Part shown: one piece after another, positions 11,126-23,083 of the stretch
Numbering within the stretch: the stretch's first letter is position 1
Layout: every line of letters starts with the position of its first letter
Assembly (NCBI RefSeq): GCF_000372725.1
Contig: NW_005201791.1
Location: 293,380-357,379, forward strand
DNA from: Emiliania huxleyi CCMP1516
Lineage: Eukaryota
DNA length: 64,000 nt
Direction of reading: 5' to 3'
The notes under the pieces: model-generated
The model's input: the letters and a program-made list of their open reading frames with translations, nothing else
Database searches by the model: none
Told to the model about the DNA's origin: nothing
Translations under genes and position numbers: made by a program

Positions 11126-14100
11126 GGTCGCCCCGCGTCGGCCCACGGGGGGAAAGCCGGCTCCGCCGCGGGGGCAGCCACGTCCGGCCACTTCTTCGCG
11201 CCGCACGCGGAGGAGGCGGAGGCGCCCGTGCTCGAAGCCAGCGACGGCGAGGTGCGCCGCTTCTTGGCGCGCCACTGCGGGGTCCTTCTCGGCTGGGTCG
11301 GAGCATACGGTCCGTGGCTAGAACCAGACACTCCTTGGACAACGCGGCGGACTCCACCACTTTGGGATACATCCGGGGTGACCGATTGTCCTCCACCGAA
11401 CTGAACAATTTCGTCGTCGCCTAGGCGCCACCTCAGCGCCAATTCATGTGATTCATTCAGGCGCCTGCGACCTCACCCATTTCTCGGTGCCGTACGTCGG
11501 CCTTGATGGCGTGCAACCGCTCCTGCTCTCGCGCTACGCGCTGCTTCTTCCCGCAGTGCTCGCGTTGCGCGGAGCTCTCTCATCGAGCCAGGCGACGGCG
11601 AGGGGCAACAGCGTCGCGGCAGTCTGCCTGCTGGCGCTGCCTTTCTGCGCGCTGCTCGCTGTGACCCCCTCCGCCGAGGTCAACGGGTCCGGCGTGAACC
11701 ACGTCAGTCTACCGGCCTAGCTGCTGACAGGTGCTCCCCTTCGTCGGGCTCGACGCCAGCCCCTGTTTGGTGCCGTACACGCTCGTGCCGTGCGCGGGCA
11801 TGCCAGGCTCTCTGTCCGTCCGTCCGCCTGTCTGTCTGTCTCTCTCCCTCCCCCCCTCTCCCCCCCCCCTTCTCGCCGCTCGCTCGCTCGTCCCCCCCAC
11901 CCCCCTCCTCCTCGTACCTCACATAGAGGCACTTCACAGAGCCAGGCCCCAGGCATGGGACAGCCGGCCAAACGGCCAACCGACACCCCGCGTCACCACC
12001 CGACCCGTGCCAGGCGCCCACCCGCTAGCTGACTGCGGGCTGGAGGACTGCGACGGCGACGGAATCGAGGACAGCATCGGGGGCGCCGTCGACGACCTCA
12101 GGCGCTACCACAGCTCTTGGTGTGAGGCGGGTGGCGCGCACACGGTCCTGTCGGAAGCCGACGTCGCTGCGGCGGCCGCGGCGGGGAGCGCCGTATGGCA
12201 TTGCGCCATCGTCGGTGACTTCCTCGCGGCTGTTAGCGGGAGGGGTGCAGCGCCAGCTTTGCCACCGTCGGCGCCTCCGCCGCCGCCACCGGCCGGTTTG
12301 TTCCACGGCGACGACCAGGAGTTCTATAGACCAGGAGCTCGCGCGTCGAGCTTGGCGGCGCCGACCGGTGCCACCACTACCCGTGGGAGTACCTCGCCGA
12401 GCTTGCCGCTTGGATCGTCCTCCTCTCCTATCGCCTCACGCACCTCCCCCTCTCCCTAGTGGCGCTCGCGGCCTTTGCCGGCTCTGTGGCGGCCGGCGCG
12501 ATGGCCTGCTGTGAACAGCGTCTCTTCACACACTTGGGTGTGAATAGGGTCGGCGGCGTTTGTTGGGATGAGTGTGAAACGGGTCGACGCCTTCTGGGGC
12601 GAGGAGCTCGGCGGCAAGGGCGAGCTCGCATCCGAAGGGCCTTTGAAGGGCTGCGCTTCTTCACGCGTGCCGCTGTGAGAGTAGGCGCACTCGCCACCAG
12701 CCTCGAGGCGGCCGTGGGGTACGAGCTGCTGCGCTGTGTCGCCATGCTCTGCGCAGCGCACACCGTGGGCGTGCTGCACCACTTCCACCACGCCCGCGGC
12801 ATGTGGCGCCGACCGCCGCGGGTCCTCGGTTGATGGTGCCGCTTCTCGAGCGCCTCTTCACCCCCCCCCCCCCCCCCGCGAGTAGGCGCCCCCTCCTCCT
12901 CCAGGCGCGGCAAAAGGCGTTGATGCCCTGCATGGAGGAAGAGACTGCAACCTGCGACCGGCTGCTTCCAGTCGATCCTGCCGCCGCTCCTCGGCTAATG
13001 AGCTCATTGGCAGTCGGTTCATTCACTTAGGCTGCTCAAGTCGATCCTGCCGCCGCACCTTGTCCGATCCCTTGGCTCGCTGACCTCGAGCAAGGCGCGC
13101 CGCCGCGCCGCCCAGCGGGCAGCAGCAGCAGCAGTAGGAGGAGGCAACTCCATTCCAAAGACTGGACCCGCACCGCCCTTTGCCGCCCTTTGGGCCCAAG
13201 CCCTATATCTCCCTTTACGGATTGCCCTTCGGGCCCGAGCGATAATAATCGCCCTCTGGGCCCATGCGACTAGCGACAGGAGACGTGATGCTTCGCGGCC
13301 TGCACAGGCCCTGGCAGCCACGGCGTTGGCAGCGGCCCGTCGGCGTCGCACCACGGGAGCAGCACGGGCACCATTTCGACGAGCGCCGACTGGAACGCCG
13401 CCACCGGACGGGCCGAAGTAGCTTGCGGATGGCGTCTCTTCACACCTACCCTTGCGAACAGGTACGCCGCCACGGGGCGGGCCGAGGCCAGCTGCAGCTC
13501 CGGCGGTGGCGGTGGCGGGGACCTCCCGATCGGGCGGAGCGAGTGGAGCGCATCAGCAGGGGCGAGTTTGGCACCGTGCAGCCTTCCGCGAGGCGGGCCG
13601 GCTTCGATCGACCGGCGCGGCCGCAGCGCGCGCAGTTGGCGGAGAGCTTCAGCGAGTGCGCATTCCTCTTCGCCAAGGTTCGGCCGCTGCAGGAGATGTG
13701 GACGAGATGTCAACCGTGCTTGACCCTACCTCTGACCAGGTCGACGGGCTGTCGGCGCTACTGAACGACGCAACGGCCGAGCCCCCGCGCGTCATCAAGC
13801 TGCTGCAGTTCATGTTCGACCGGCTCGTCCGCCTCGCAGACGTCTTCACACCTCGAGCTGTGAAGAGTCTCTTCAGACCTCTGGCTGTGAACAGGTTCGA
13901 CCGCCTCACAGACGTCTTCCAGCTGCAAAAGGCGCGCGCACGAGGGGGGGGCGGGATCCGGCGTACGAGAATGAAATCAAGACCACGAAAGCTTGCGTGA
14001 GCGCTCCGGTGCCGCAGGAGCGGAGTGATCACACTTCATCGTGCATGCACGCACAGGTGCGCAAGACGGCCAACGAGCAGTACTTGGTCGCTGCCGGCCT

Positions 14101-15135
14101 GCCCGACCCAACCCGCCTCCCGGACCCGCACGACCGCGCGGCGGCGGCGGCGCGCGTCCTCGCCGCACCGACACCGCCTAGACACACAGTCTCCGGGGGC
14201 GACCGGCTCAGCTGCTTGCGCCGTGCGGGAGCTCAGGCCGGCTTCGGCTTCGCGATAATCAGACCTCAGCTGCGTGCTGAGGCGCCGAGGGCGCCGCAGC
14301 TCACCGTGCAGGTGGCCCGAGAGCACCCGAGAGCACCCGAGAGCACCCGAGAGCACCCGAGAGCACCCGAGAGCACCCAAGATTCCCGTACTAGGCCCAG
14401 CCTTCGTCCCTGGTAGACGCAGCAGCCAGCCTCAGCCATCCAGCAGCAGCCAGCAGCAGCCAACAGCAGCCAGCAGCAGCCAGCAGCAGCCAGCAGCAGC
14501 CAGCTCCGGGAACCCAAATTAAATACTTGAGATCGCGTTGGTGGCTTCCCCCACATCCCTTTTTGCTCATTGTGATTCGTGGGAAGACCGCTCCCTCTGA
14601 CGTCTGCAGGTGGGCATCGACTTTGGTTCCGCCATCGCGGGCGTGATCGGGCACATGCGATCGGGCACATGCGGCGTCTGCGGTGTGAACAGCGTCGTTT
14701 CAGCCTGTAGCTGTGAATAGGCACAAGACCTACCAGTACTGATCTCTCCGACGACGCCAGGTCTAGCTGCGAACAGCCTCTCTCCACAGCTGCCTCTATG
14801 TGTGAACAGGTACGACTTGTGCGGCGACGCCGTCAACACCGCCGCCCGCATGTGACCCGACCCGCCCTCCGCCTCCCCGGGACGTGTCCGTGACGCGTCC
14901 CACGACACGCCCATCTCATGCCCCGCACAGGTGCTCCGGCTCGGAGCCAGGTCGTGTCCACGTGTCGCAGGAGGCGTACCGGTGTCTGCGCGGCCGGTTC
15001 GGCGCGAAGAGCCGCGGCCCACGCTACTACAAAGGCAAGGGCGAGATGTACACTTACTTCCTCGAGAACGCGCCTGGGGCTCTGCCGGAGGAGGCCACAC
15101 CGGCGCCTGCCGACGCTGCCGAGGCGATCTACTAG
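11113..15135 (+). CDS. Membrane-bound class III nucleotidyl (adenylyl-type) cyclase, 3' half only (TM region plus one C2-like domain)
   Basis: Exons give LLKSILPPHLV, AESFSECAFLFAK|VDGL, FDRL..VF.LQK|VRKTANEQYLVAAGLP, VGIDFGSAIAGVIG, YDLCGDAVNTAARM and GRVHVSQEAY...KGKGEMYTYFL. The upstream exon structure is tentative. Confidence 0.8.
14316..14378 (+). repeat. Intronic tandem array (CCCGAGAGCA) x6 starting just after a 5' splice site
   Basis: Read directly; followed by a CAGCAGC-type array at ~14420-14503. Confidence 0.9.
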
Positions 15136-15314
15136 CTCACAATGAATTACGGTATGCCGATGCGGTGGCATCTCGGCCGTCGCTTGTTTTGACTTTTGTT
15201 ACCTTTTTCTGTGGTCTGTATACGACGCTGCTACTGCAGCTCTCGTCCGGCAGCTGCTTCTAACAGCCCTAGAAACCTTTTGGGGGCGCTTGCTCTGCGC
15301 GGCGCTCACCAGCA

Positions 15315-16122
15315 TCACATCTGGCTCACCTTTGCGTGCTGTGAGAGGGGCGCGAGCAGGCTGTGTCGCAGGCCGGTGTCGATGCCTGCCGACTCGACGT
15401 CGAGGTGGACGGGCGCCGCCTTAACGGCTGGGCCCTGACTGTACCCGCGGAACTTGAGGTGCATCCGCCGCGCCATCCAGCCGAAGAAGCCCACCGTCGT
15501 GATGACGAGCAGCATCACCGAGTAGCCGGCGCGGTGGCAGCCGGCTCCGTGGGCGACGCCAACCGCCTAATTCCAGAAGCTCGATGATCCCTGTGAGCGT
15601 CGCGTCCTTCGCGCTGGCGCCGGCCGGCCTCGCAGGTGGCGAGGAAGCCGAAGCAGACGCACACCGTCAGGAGCGCCAGCGAGCCGAGGTAGATCCCGAT
15701 CACGGCGATCTCGTGCCGCCTAGCGGCCACAACGGCGGCGGAGACGGACCCGTACAGGCTCAGCCGATTTACCTCCCACATCAGGATTGAAGACATGACG
15801 ACTGCGCCTGTGGAGCAGAGCATGCTCATCGTGGCGGACATGTTGTAGACGTAGGTGATGACCGGCGCGTCGAAGAACGGGAGCGCCTCAATCACATCTG
15901 GGCCGAGGACGCCGAAGGCGAAGCCAGTGACCAGCGTTGCCTGCATCTGTATCGAGGCGAGACGGTCGAGGTAGAAGGTGAGCTGATCGCGCTTCACCTG
16001 GGCGCCGGCAAGGCGGCTGTGGATTGGTCGGCGAGGCAGCGCTCTGCCTGCAATGGACGGCGCGCCTCTAGGTCGGCGAGGTAGCGCTCCTTGCCAAGCC
16101 GCTCGCGCTCGTGAGAAAGCAT
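15315..16122 (-). CDS. Orai-like four-transmembrane protein (3 exons)
   Basis: MLSHERERLGKERYLADLE|VKRDQLTFYLDRLASIQMQATLVTGFAFGVLGPD...; four hydrophobic helices; TM1 resembles Orai SALLSGFAMVAMVE. Confidence 0.6.
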
Positions 16123-16401
16123 ATTTCTCCTCTGTTCTTCCCTTGCTCTCTCTCTATCTCTTCTGGCGCTGGAGGAGCGTGCCAGGCGATGGCCGTCGGG
16201 CAGAAAACGGCGGGGGAGTGAAAGAACAGAGGCCGCCCAATTTGTGTAGAGCTCTAACCTCCCGACGGCTTCATCGCGGCACGCTGGGCTGCGGCTCTCG
16301 ACGGCTTTGGCCCCCCTACCTCGGGCGCGAGCGGCGGCTTAGGCGGAGCTCCTCGAAGGGGCTGCGGAGGCGCACGACAACTCGCAGCGCACCGCCGCCT
16401 G

Positions 16402-18010
16402 ATGGACACCCTGCTGCGCAAGTTTAACCTAAACGTGGACACGCGCGAGCGCGACATCGAGCGCGCTGGCTTTGTCGGCGCTCAGCAGCAGGCGCTCGAC
16501 GTAAACCAAGAGCATGCGCTGATGGAGATCCGATTCCAGCACATGACCGTGCGGACAGAGTGGCTGAACAACCTCAACACGCAGGCGGCTTTCATCGCTG
16601 GCATCTCAATCGCATGGCTCGGCGGTGATGTTCTTGCCGAGGTGTCGGATGAAGTCGTTTTCGCTAACAGCGACGGCACGCCCATTTTCCTGGACAAACT
16701 CCTCAAGCTGACCTACCTGCTCTTCGCGACCCTCTCGGGCGGCGCCGGTCTATGGGTCGTGATCTATTCGAATCGGTGCCAGCGCAAGAGAAAGAGATTT
16801 CCGCGGCGTGCCGCTCTCCGACACACGCCGCCCCACACTCTGCACCAGGCTGATCATCCTCGCCAACCAGGCGGCCCTCACCGGCGCGTCGATGAGGGAC
16901 GTGCGCGCCTCGGACGAGATTGTGCAGCGCAACGTGCGCAAGGTCGACGAGATGTTTGTTATCTGCCTCGGCTCCCTCGTGGGCGCCATCTGCTGCGTGG
17001 CGTGGTTGCGCGAGCCCGGCTCGGCGGCCCTCGTCATCACCGTCACCTTCACGTTGCTCGTCGTCCATGCCATCGTCAACACGATCGCCCTCCGCGACGA
17101 GTTCCACGCAAAGGCCCCCCCCCCCCCCCCCCATCCCCACGGACCGATATGCTATGAGACCTTGCGCTCACATACGACCTGCCCCTCGGCCGCCGCAAAC
17201 GAACGGCGCGTGGAGGGCCCTCCGCGTGGAGAAAGAGTCGCAGGACCCGTGCGAGTGCCTCTACCGCCTCAGCGGCGGCGCTCTTAAGGCGGAGGCGCCG
17301 CGCGAGGTGCAAGGGGCCAGCAAGCCGCTCCACCTCGAGGTGAACCGTTTCGTGTTGAAACGATCATCACTCGTTTCATTGCTCATTAACTGCTTGCTCA
17401 TTACGCTGCCCTTTGGAGAGTGCGCTACCAGGGTGGTAGCAGTCTAGTCGTGAGCGAACTCGCAGCTGTGCGTGACAGTGCCTCTCCTCCCCCTCCCCCG
17501 TCCTAGGTGAGCGCGCTCACCGCCTCGCGGGCCGCCGTGGAGAAGCTGCGCGCCGACCGGGCGGGGAGCGCAGCGCTGCCGCTCACGCAGCGGTGGTGGT
17601 TCGTCCTGCACTGCGAGGGCACGCACGGCCGGCTGTACGCCTTTGGGTCTCAAGACAATTACGTGCTGCGCGAGCCGCCCATCCTCGAGGCGGACGTGAC
17701 GCAGTTCCGCCTGCTGCCGCGGGCGGGGGCGCCGGCGCGCCGCCCAAGGCCGCCGGCGGCGGGAGGATCCCCGGGCCCACTGGGGCGGGCCGTCACGTTC
17801 CTCGACCCGCCGCCGAAAGCCGCCGGCGACGGGCGGCTCATCTTGTGGCCAAAGGACGAGGAGGAGTGCGCGCCGCTCTGCCTGCTCATCGAGGACAGAG
17901 AGGTGGCGGACGTGTGGTACAAGGTGCTCACCGCCTTCATCTGCTCGGTCGACCAGAACGACCGCTTCACCCGCTACCTCCCGACCAGCCAGCGCCAGCG
18001 ATCGCGATGA
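16402..18010 (+). CDS. Orai-like four-transmembrane protein with a C-terminal PH-like domain (multi-exon)
   Basis: WLNNLNTQAAFIAGISIAWLGGD...QAALTG and four hydrophobic helices; last exon QRWWFVLH...LYAF...EDREVADVWYKVLTA is PH-like. Confidence 0.55.
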
Positions 18011-18773
18011 GTGAGGCCCACTCGCCATGGATACGCCCCAGGGCGACCCAGTGCTAGGAATCCGTCGAGGAATCCCAAGGCTGCTAGAGGAATGGTTGTT
18101 TGGCGATCGTCGAGATTGGCCGCACTGCTGCTAGGCTGCACAGAGATGCTCCGAGGCCTCTGCTGCTGCCCGCGCCCCCGACAGGCCTGAAATTTTCCGC
18201 CTTTGTGTGCGGAGGTAGGGATGGGAGAACGGGCCTCTTGACTAAACACTAACAGAGAGAATACGAAAAATAACAGACAACGCAACGGGGGAGAAGTGCG
18301 CCCAGAGCATGAGCAAGCAGAACGATGGAGAACGCGTCCGCTCGGAGCGCGCGTCGACGGGAGAGCTGCACACAGCCGAATATTTACCTAAAAACGGTAA
18401 AGTATAGCTCGAAAGCGCGTGGGTGCTGGGTCTCGTGAATGTAAAGTCTCAGTCTGTCACCAGGGCTGGGGATGAATACTCGATTCATATTCAACTTACT
18501 ATCCTGCGCGCACTTTGCCACCCAGCGACCCCTTCCGGGATGGCCTGTGCATCGATGCCCCTGAGCTGATTCCCGTACCATCCTCCAAGCCGTACCATCC
18601 TCCAAGCCCTGTGCCCCTGCCCTCTCCCTCAGATGCCGCAGCGGACGCGAGGCGGCACGTGCGAGAGGCGGATGGCCATCTCGTCCTCGGGGCTGTCCTC
18701 GTCCGGCAGCAGGCGCGGCTCCGTGGCATCAAGTGGAAGGTGATGCCTCTCTACGAGGTTTCCGCGGATGTAC

Positions 18774-19615
18774 CTAGCCGCGGATGGTATCCTTGAGATC
18801 GACTGGCTTGCCCTGCTCAGGGGCGCACTTGGTGGCCTGCTTGTGCTGGCTGGTGCGCAAGGCACGTATTGCCAGGACAAGGACTCCAAGGCAAACAGCC
18901 AGGACGAAGAAATGTTCGCGTGAAGCAGTGTCGCCGCTAGTGCCGCCGCCGAGCAAGTGAACTGGCGTGAGGGGCTGCGGCGATGAGAGAGCTGGCGCGG
19001 GTGGCTGCGACGGTGAGATTGTGGTTACCGGCGACGGGGGTGGCGAAGGTGGTGGCGGCGACAGAGGCGGTGCCGGCGGGCCAGGTGGGAGGCCTGGCGG
19101 CGGAGACGGCGACGGCGGCGCCGAAACGACCACTTTGACTTTCTGGCCATTTCTGCAGTGGGTACCCCAGTAGTTCGGAGACCAGGTCGACGACCTGCGG
19201 TCGCCGCTGCAGGTGAAGTAGACGGTACCGGCGTCGGCATCAGCTTGCGTCACATTGTGTCGGTACACGGTGTCGGTTGGCCCGGCGAGCGTGACTGAGC
19301 CCGTGGGGTCGCACGCATCGTATGCGGTCTCGCTCGCGCCGACGAGTACACGAAGACGAGCACGTCGCCCGGGGCAGCGTGATGCGTGGAGTAGGTGGTG
19401 CCGAAGTTGCTCCACCACACGGCATCGCCACCGGTCCAGAGGCGGGCGGTGATACCGATCTCCCCCGGCTGGAGCGCGGTGGGTGGCGATGGCGACGGAG
19501 GCGATGGAAGCACCGACATGTGCTGCAAGGTTGTCGGTGGGATCGCACCGACTAGCAGCGAGAGTGCCAGAGCGCCAGAGAGAAGACAACGCCGCGGCCG
19601 GAAGACGCCGGACAT
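18774..19615 (-). pseudogene. Phytocyanin/cupredoxin-domain type I membrane protein, frameshifted
   Basis: Signal peptide, GDVLVFVY, AYDACD, YFTC...HCRNGQKVKVVV, Pro-rich stalk and TM helix. Frame shifts at ~19345, where the H-x-V copper-ligand segment is missing. Confidence 0.75.
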
Positions 19616-19689
19616 TGAATTTCGGCGGATCCGACATTCCAGAACGACGACTGTGAACGCTAGTTTCACTAGGATTCACTCGCAACCGT

Positions 19690-19944
19690 CTGGGCAAGAC
19701 GGCCTCGGGGAGGGAGGAAATACTCGGCCTGACCACCGCCATCCTCGTCTGGACGACCGCCGCCATCGGCAATGCGGTCGGCGGCGCGCTCTACGTGCCC
19801 GCCATCTTCGCTGCGGCGGCCTCAGTCGTCGTCCTCAACTTTGTGCCTGGCGCGGCTGGCATCGCCGCGGTCGGCCCACTCTCGGCCGCCTCGCTTGCGA
19901 GGGACGGCCAGCCCAACGGCGGCGCGGATTGGCTCACGTCCTGA
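19690..19944 (+). pseudogene. MgtC/SapB-family C-terminal fragment
   Basis: ILGLTTAILVWTTAAIGNAVGGALYVPAIF matches the MgtC motif GLTTAAxxWxxAAIGxAxGxGLY. No N-terminal half or start codon is visible, and it is not in the ORF track. Confidence 0.7.
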
Positions 19945-20289
19945 GCGATTCTGCACCGGGGCACCTGCGTGCTGTTCCAGTCAACACGCCGCGCCAGGCA
20001 CAAAGTTCACCTCCACGGACCACGCTAGCTGAACACCCCTCTACTACACCGCCTCTACACCCTCCCTTTGTACGCAGTGTGACACCTGACACGGAGTGTG
20101 TTACGCCATGCCCATGGACCGCTCTAGATCCAAAAATCTCCGCTTGAGCAGAGATCAGTGTGACAGTGTGTCACGTGTTTGTTTGTGATTGTATAGTGCG
20201 TTCGAGTCTTCGAGCGTAGGCCAGGCGGGCCCACGCCGCCACGGGCGTGGCAGGGTATCGGCATGTATATGAACGGGGTACAATATGAG

Positions 20290-22650
20290 TCAACATGCGG
20301 TACAGTACGGTTCAGGTCCAGCCGTTCGTACCATGCCCAGGTAGTGGCTTGCAGCGATTATCGGTCCTCCGGTCATACACGTCCTCGCACCAGGGGAGGT
20401 CAGACGCCGCAGCGGCGCTCCCGGGAGATTCAGACCAGGTACCGCAATCTCCCCCCCCACAGGTCGGCGGCTCCCAGACACAGTCGCTGGGGAACGCGCT
20501 TTTCCCGAAGAGTTTGTCGAGCAGTAGCGCCACGCCAAAAGTGTCCACGTCGCCGTCGGTGATCGGGCTGACGGGCACGCTTGCGGGCGGAAAGAAGAGC
20601 CAGCCTGGCACCTGCTGGGGGGGGCGGGGGGGAGGGGGATGCATGTTGGCGCCACGGCAGGGAGTGCTGGGGGCGGGAAGGAGACCGAGCCATCCGCGGG
20701 CGCGCCTCGGGTGCGCAGAGGCACGGGAAGAGGAAGCAGGCGCGGACAAAGATGAAGCCGGTGAGGAAGAGTGCGGTGGAGGCCATCCCGATGATGGCGA
20801 CCGCTGGCCCGGTGTGCGGCGGGCAGACAGGTAGTCCGTGCATGCAGGCTGGGATGGCGTTGGCTCCGATCGAGTAGACGAGGATCGTGATCGGGAAGAG
20901 CCACAGCAGAAGCATGGAGAAGCGCCAGCAGCCGACTGCGACCATGGTTCCGATGACGAAGAAGAGGACCCACCTGCGCGATGGTCGGCATTGCGAGAGG
21001 CAGGGAGTCGAACAAGGCTCGAAGCTGCGAGGCGGGGTGGCGAGGCGGGGTGGGCTGAGGACAGGCTGAGCGTGCGCACATGTAGAGGTAGCGCATGCTG
21101 TGCCACTCGGTGGCAGCTCTCCACCCAGAGACAAGCTTGATCTGGATGGTGGTCTGCTCCTGCGTGTAGCAGAGGCAAAACATGGCGAAGGAGAGCGCGT
21201 GCTGATCGAGCTGGAAGATGATTTGGTACCTATCCACGGCCACAGGCGACTAGCGACACGAGACGTGGCCGAAGTCCACACAGGGGCTGGGGGTGCGACG
21301 GGACATGAGGTACAGGTTGGCCAGCTCGTGAAGGTTGCCTTCATAGTGCATGAGGTAGACGCCGGAGGCGGTGAACGCGAGTAGCGCCGGCACGACGACG
21401 CTCTGTATCTCGACGAGGATGGCGAGGAAGACGATCGTGCAATACCCGTACGAACCCGCCTCGTACCGGGCCGCCATCGAGCGCAGCATGATGCGCGTCT
21501 GGATCCAATTGATATAAGACGTGCCGTAAGTGTTGATGTCGTCGCCCCAAATCATGAAGCCGACAATCCACGCCTGTGTGGAGAAGCGCAGCGAGTGAAC
21601 GACGTAGGCGCGGCCGGTGTGCAGAGCCTGCACCACGACTCACCGGGAAGCAGACGAGGATAAGTACGGTGGAGAAGCGGAGCAAGAACGGCCGGTCGTC
21701 CGTTGCGAGCGCGACCCATTGGTGTGTGTTGAGGCCATCGGGCACCTTCTGAATGAAGTCGGTGACGATCATGCTCTCGAGCAGAAGGAGGGAGAGGAGC
21801 GTGGCGAACGCCGAGATGAAGAGCGCCACCCACCTGCTCAGGAAACGAACAGATCAAGGGGCCCGCCCAAGAGACTCTTGGAGAGGGGCGCAGTCGGACT
21901 GCGCACTGGTGCAAGTTGCAAGCGATCATGTTGAGCCAGCAGAGCTGTGTCAGCGGCCACGAGCAGCGGCAGCCGAGCCATGGCATCGGGCCCATTGCGG
22001 ACCGACTCGAGCCCGGGATCGGCACCGGAAGGGGCTGGGGGGCATTCCCAGGTGACCGCGTCAAGCTTCGTGTCTCGCGCCGGCGTGTAGCTACCGTCGT
22101 CCTCACGCTCCGCCTCGCTCGGGGTGGGTTCCCAAATGGCGCGATACGGCAGAGCTCCCAGTGCTCTGCCGCCAGTCTCGCCGGCCTCGTCGTCCAACTC
22201 ATCGAAGCCTGTCATGAGGTTGATCGCCGCGTCCGCCATCTGCCGCGACACTGCCGCGTACAGCGCCCACTTGAGCACATCGCGGCTGTCAGACGTCTTG
22301 AAGGGAGCAAACTTGCCGTCGGTGTTCTCGCCGTTCTCGCTGTGCTCGTCCACCCAATCTCGCGCGGTTCTGCTGAGCAGAACATAAGGCAGACACTCGA
22401 CTTCCGTGGGTGGTGCATACCCCGCGTCAACGTCCGCCGTCAGCCACGACTGCTCACGGAACGGGGCGTTCCTGTGAATCCGATTCTCTACGCTCGAGGC
22501 AGGACTGGACAACCGCTTCGGGAAGGGCGACGGCCGCTGCGGCCGCTCGGCGACGGGTCGCTGCGGCTTTGGCTTCGACGGCTTTGTTTCGAGCTTCAAA
22601 AGCCGGGTCTCCTCCTCGAGCCGCGCCAATCGTTCTTCGATGGAGAGCAT
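20290..22650 (-). CDS. Multi-exon polytopic membrane protein of unknown function
   Basis: Starts MLSIEERLARLEEE; several hydrophobic exons; C-terminal Cys-containing segment. No family recognised. Confidence 0.55.
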
Positions 22651-23083
22651 GAAAGCCAGAGCGCTGCGCAAGGCGAAGAGCTGCGATGTCAGAGGCAGCG
22701 ACGGCGGCGGCGAGAAGAGACGTGAGACAGACAAGAGGCGTGTTTCCGTCGGCGGAAAATCGGCGGCAGAAGAAAAAAGAATTTTTTAACCAAAGGCGGT
22801 CGCAGGACACGATGCACGCGACAGGTGAGGCGCGGGCGACGGCTTCCTCAGAAGCCGTCGCCCGCACCACAGGAGCAGTCACACCACTCCCACTCCGGCG
22901 CCCACCCACTCCCCAACCCGACATCCCCACCCCACCCCACAACCCCGCCCCACCCCGACCCGAGCAACCCCGCCCCGCCCCGAAAAAAGAAAAACACGTC
23001 CCTTCTGCGATTCAAAGCTCCCCGGCCCCGGTTGTGAGGACTGAGGGGTCACCGACTGCACTCCAAAAAAATGCTCGGGAGTT

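Noticed and set aside
5652..15135. A single adenylate-cyclase toxin gene
   Set aside because: The strongest splice join is out of frame, composition shifts at the seam and the cyclase lacks metal ligands; kept only as a junction to test.
18633..18796. Isolated exon-like segment (HVREADGHLVLGAVLV...KWKV)
   Set aside because: Too short to assign and no partner exons found.
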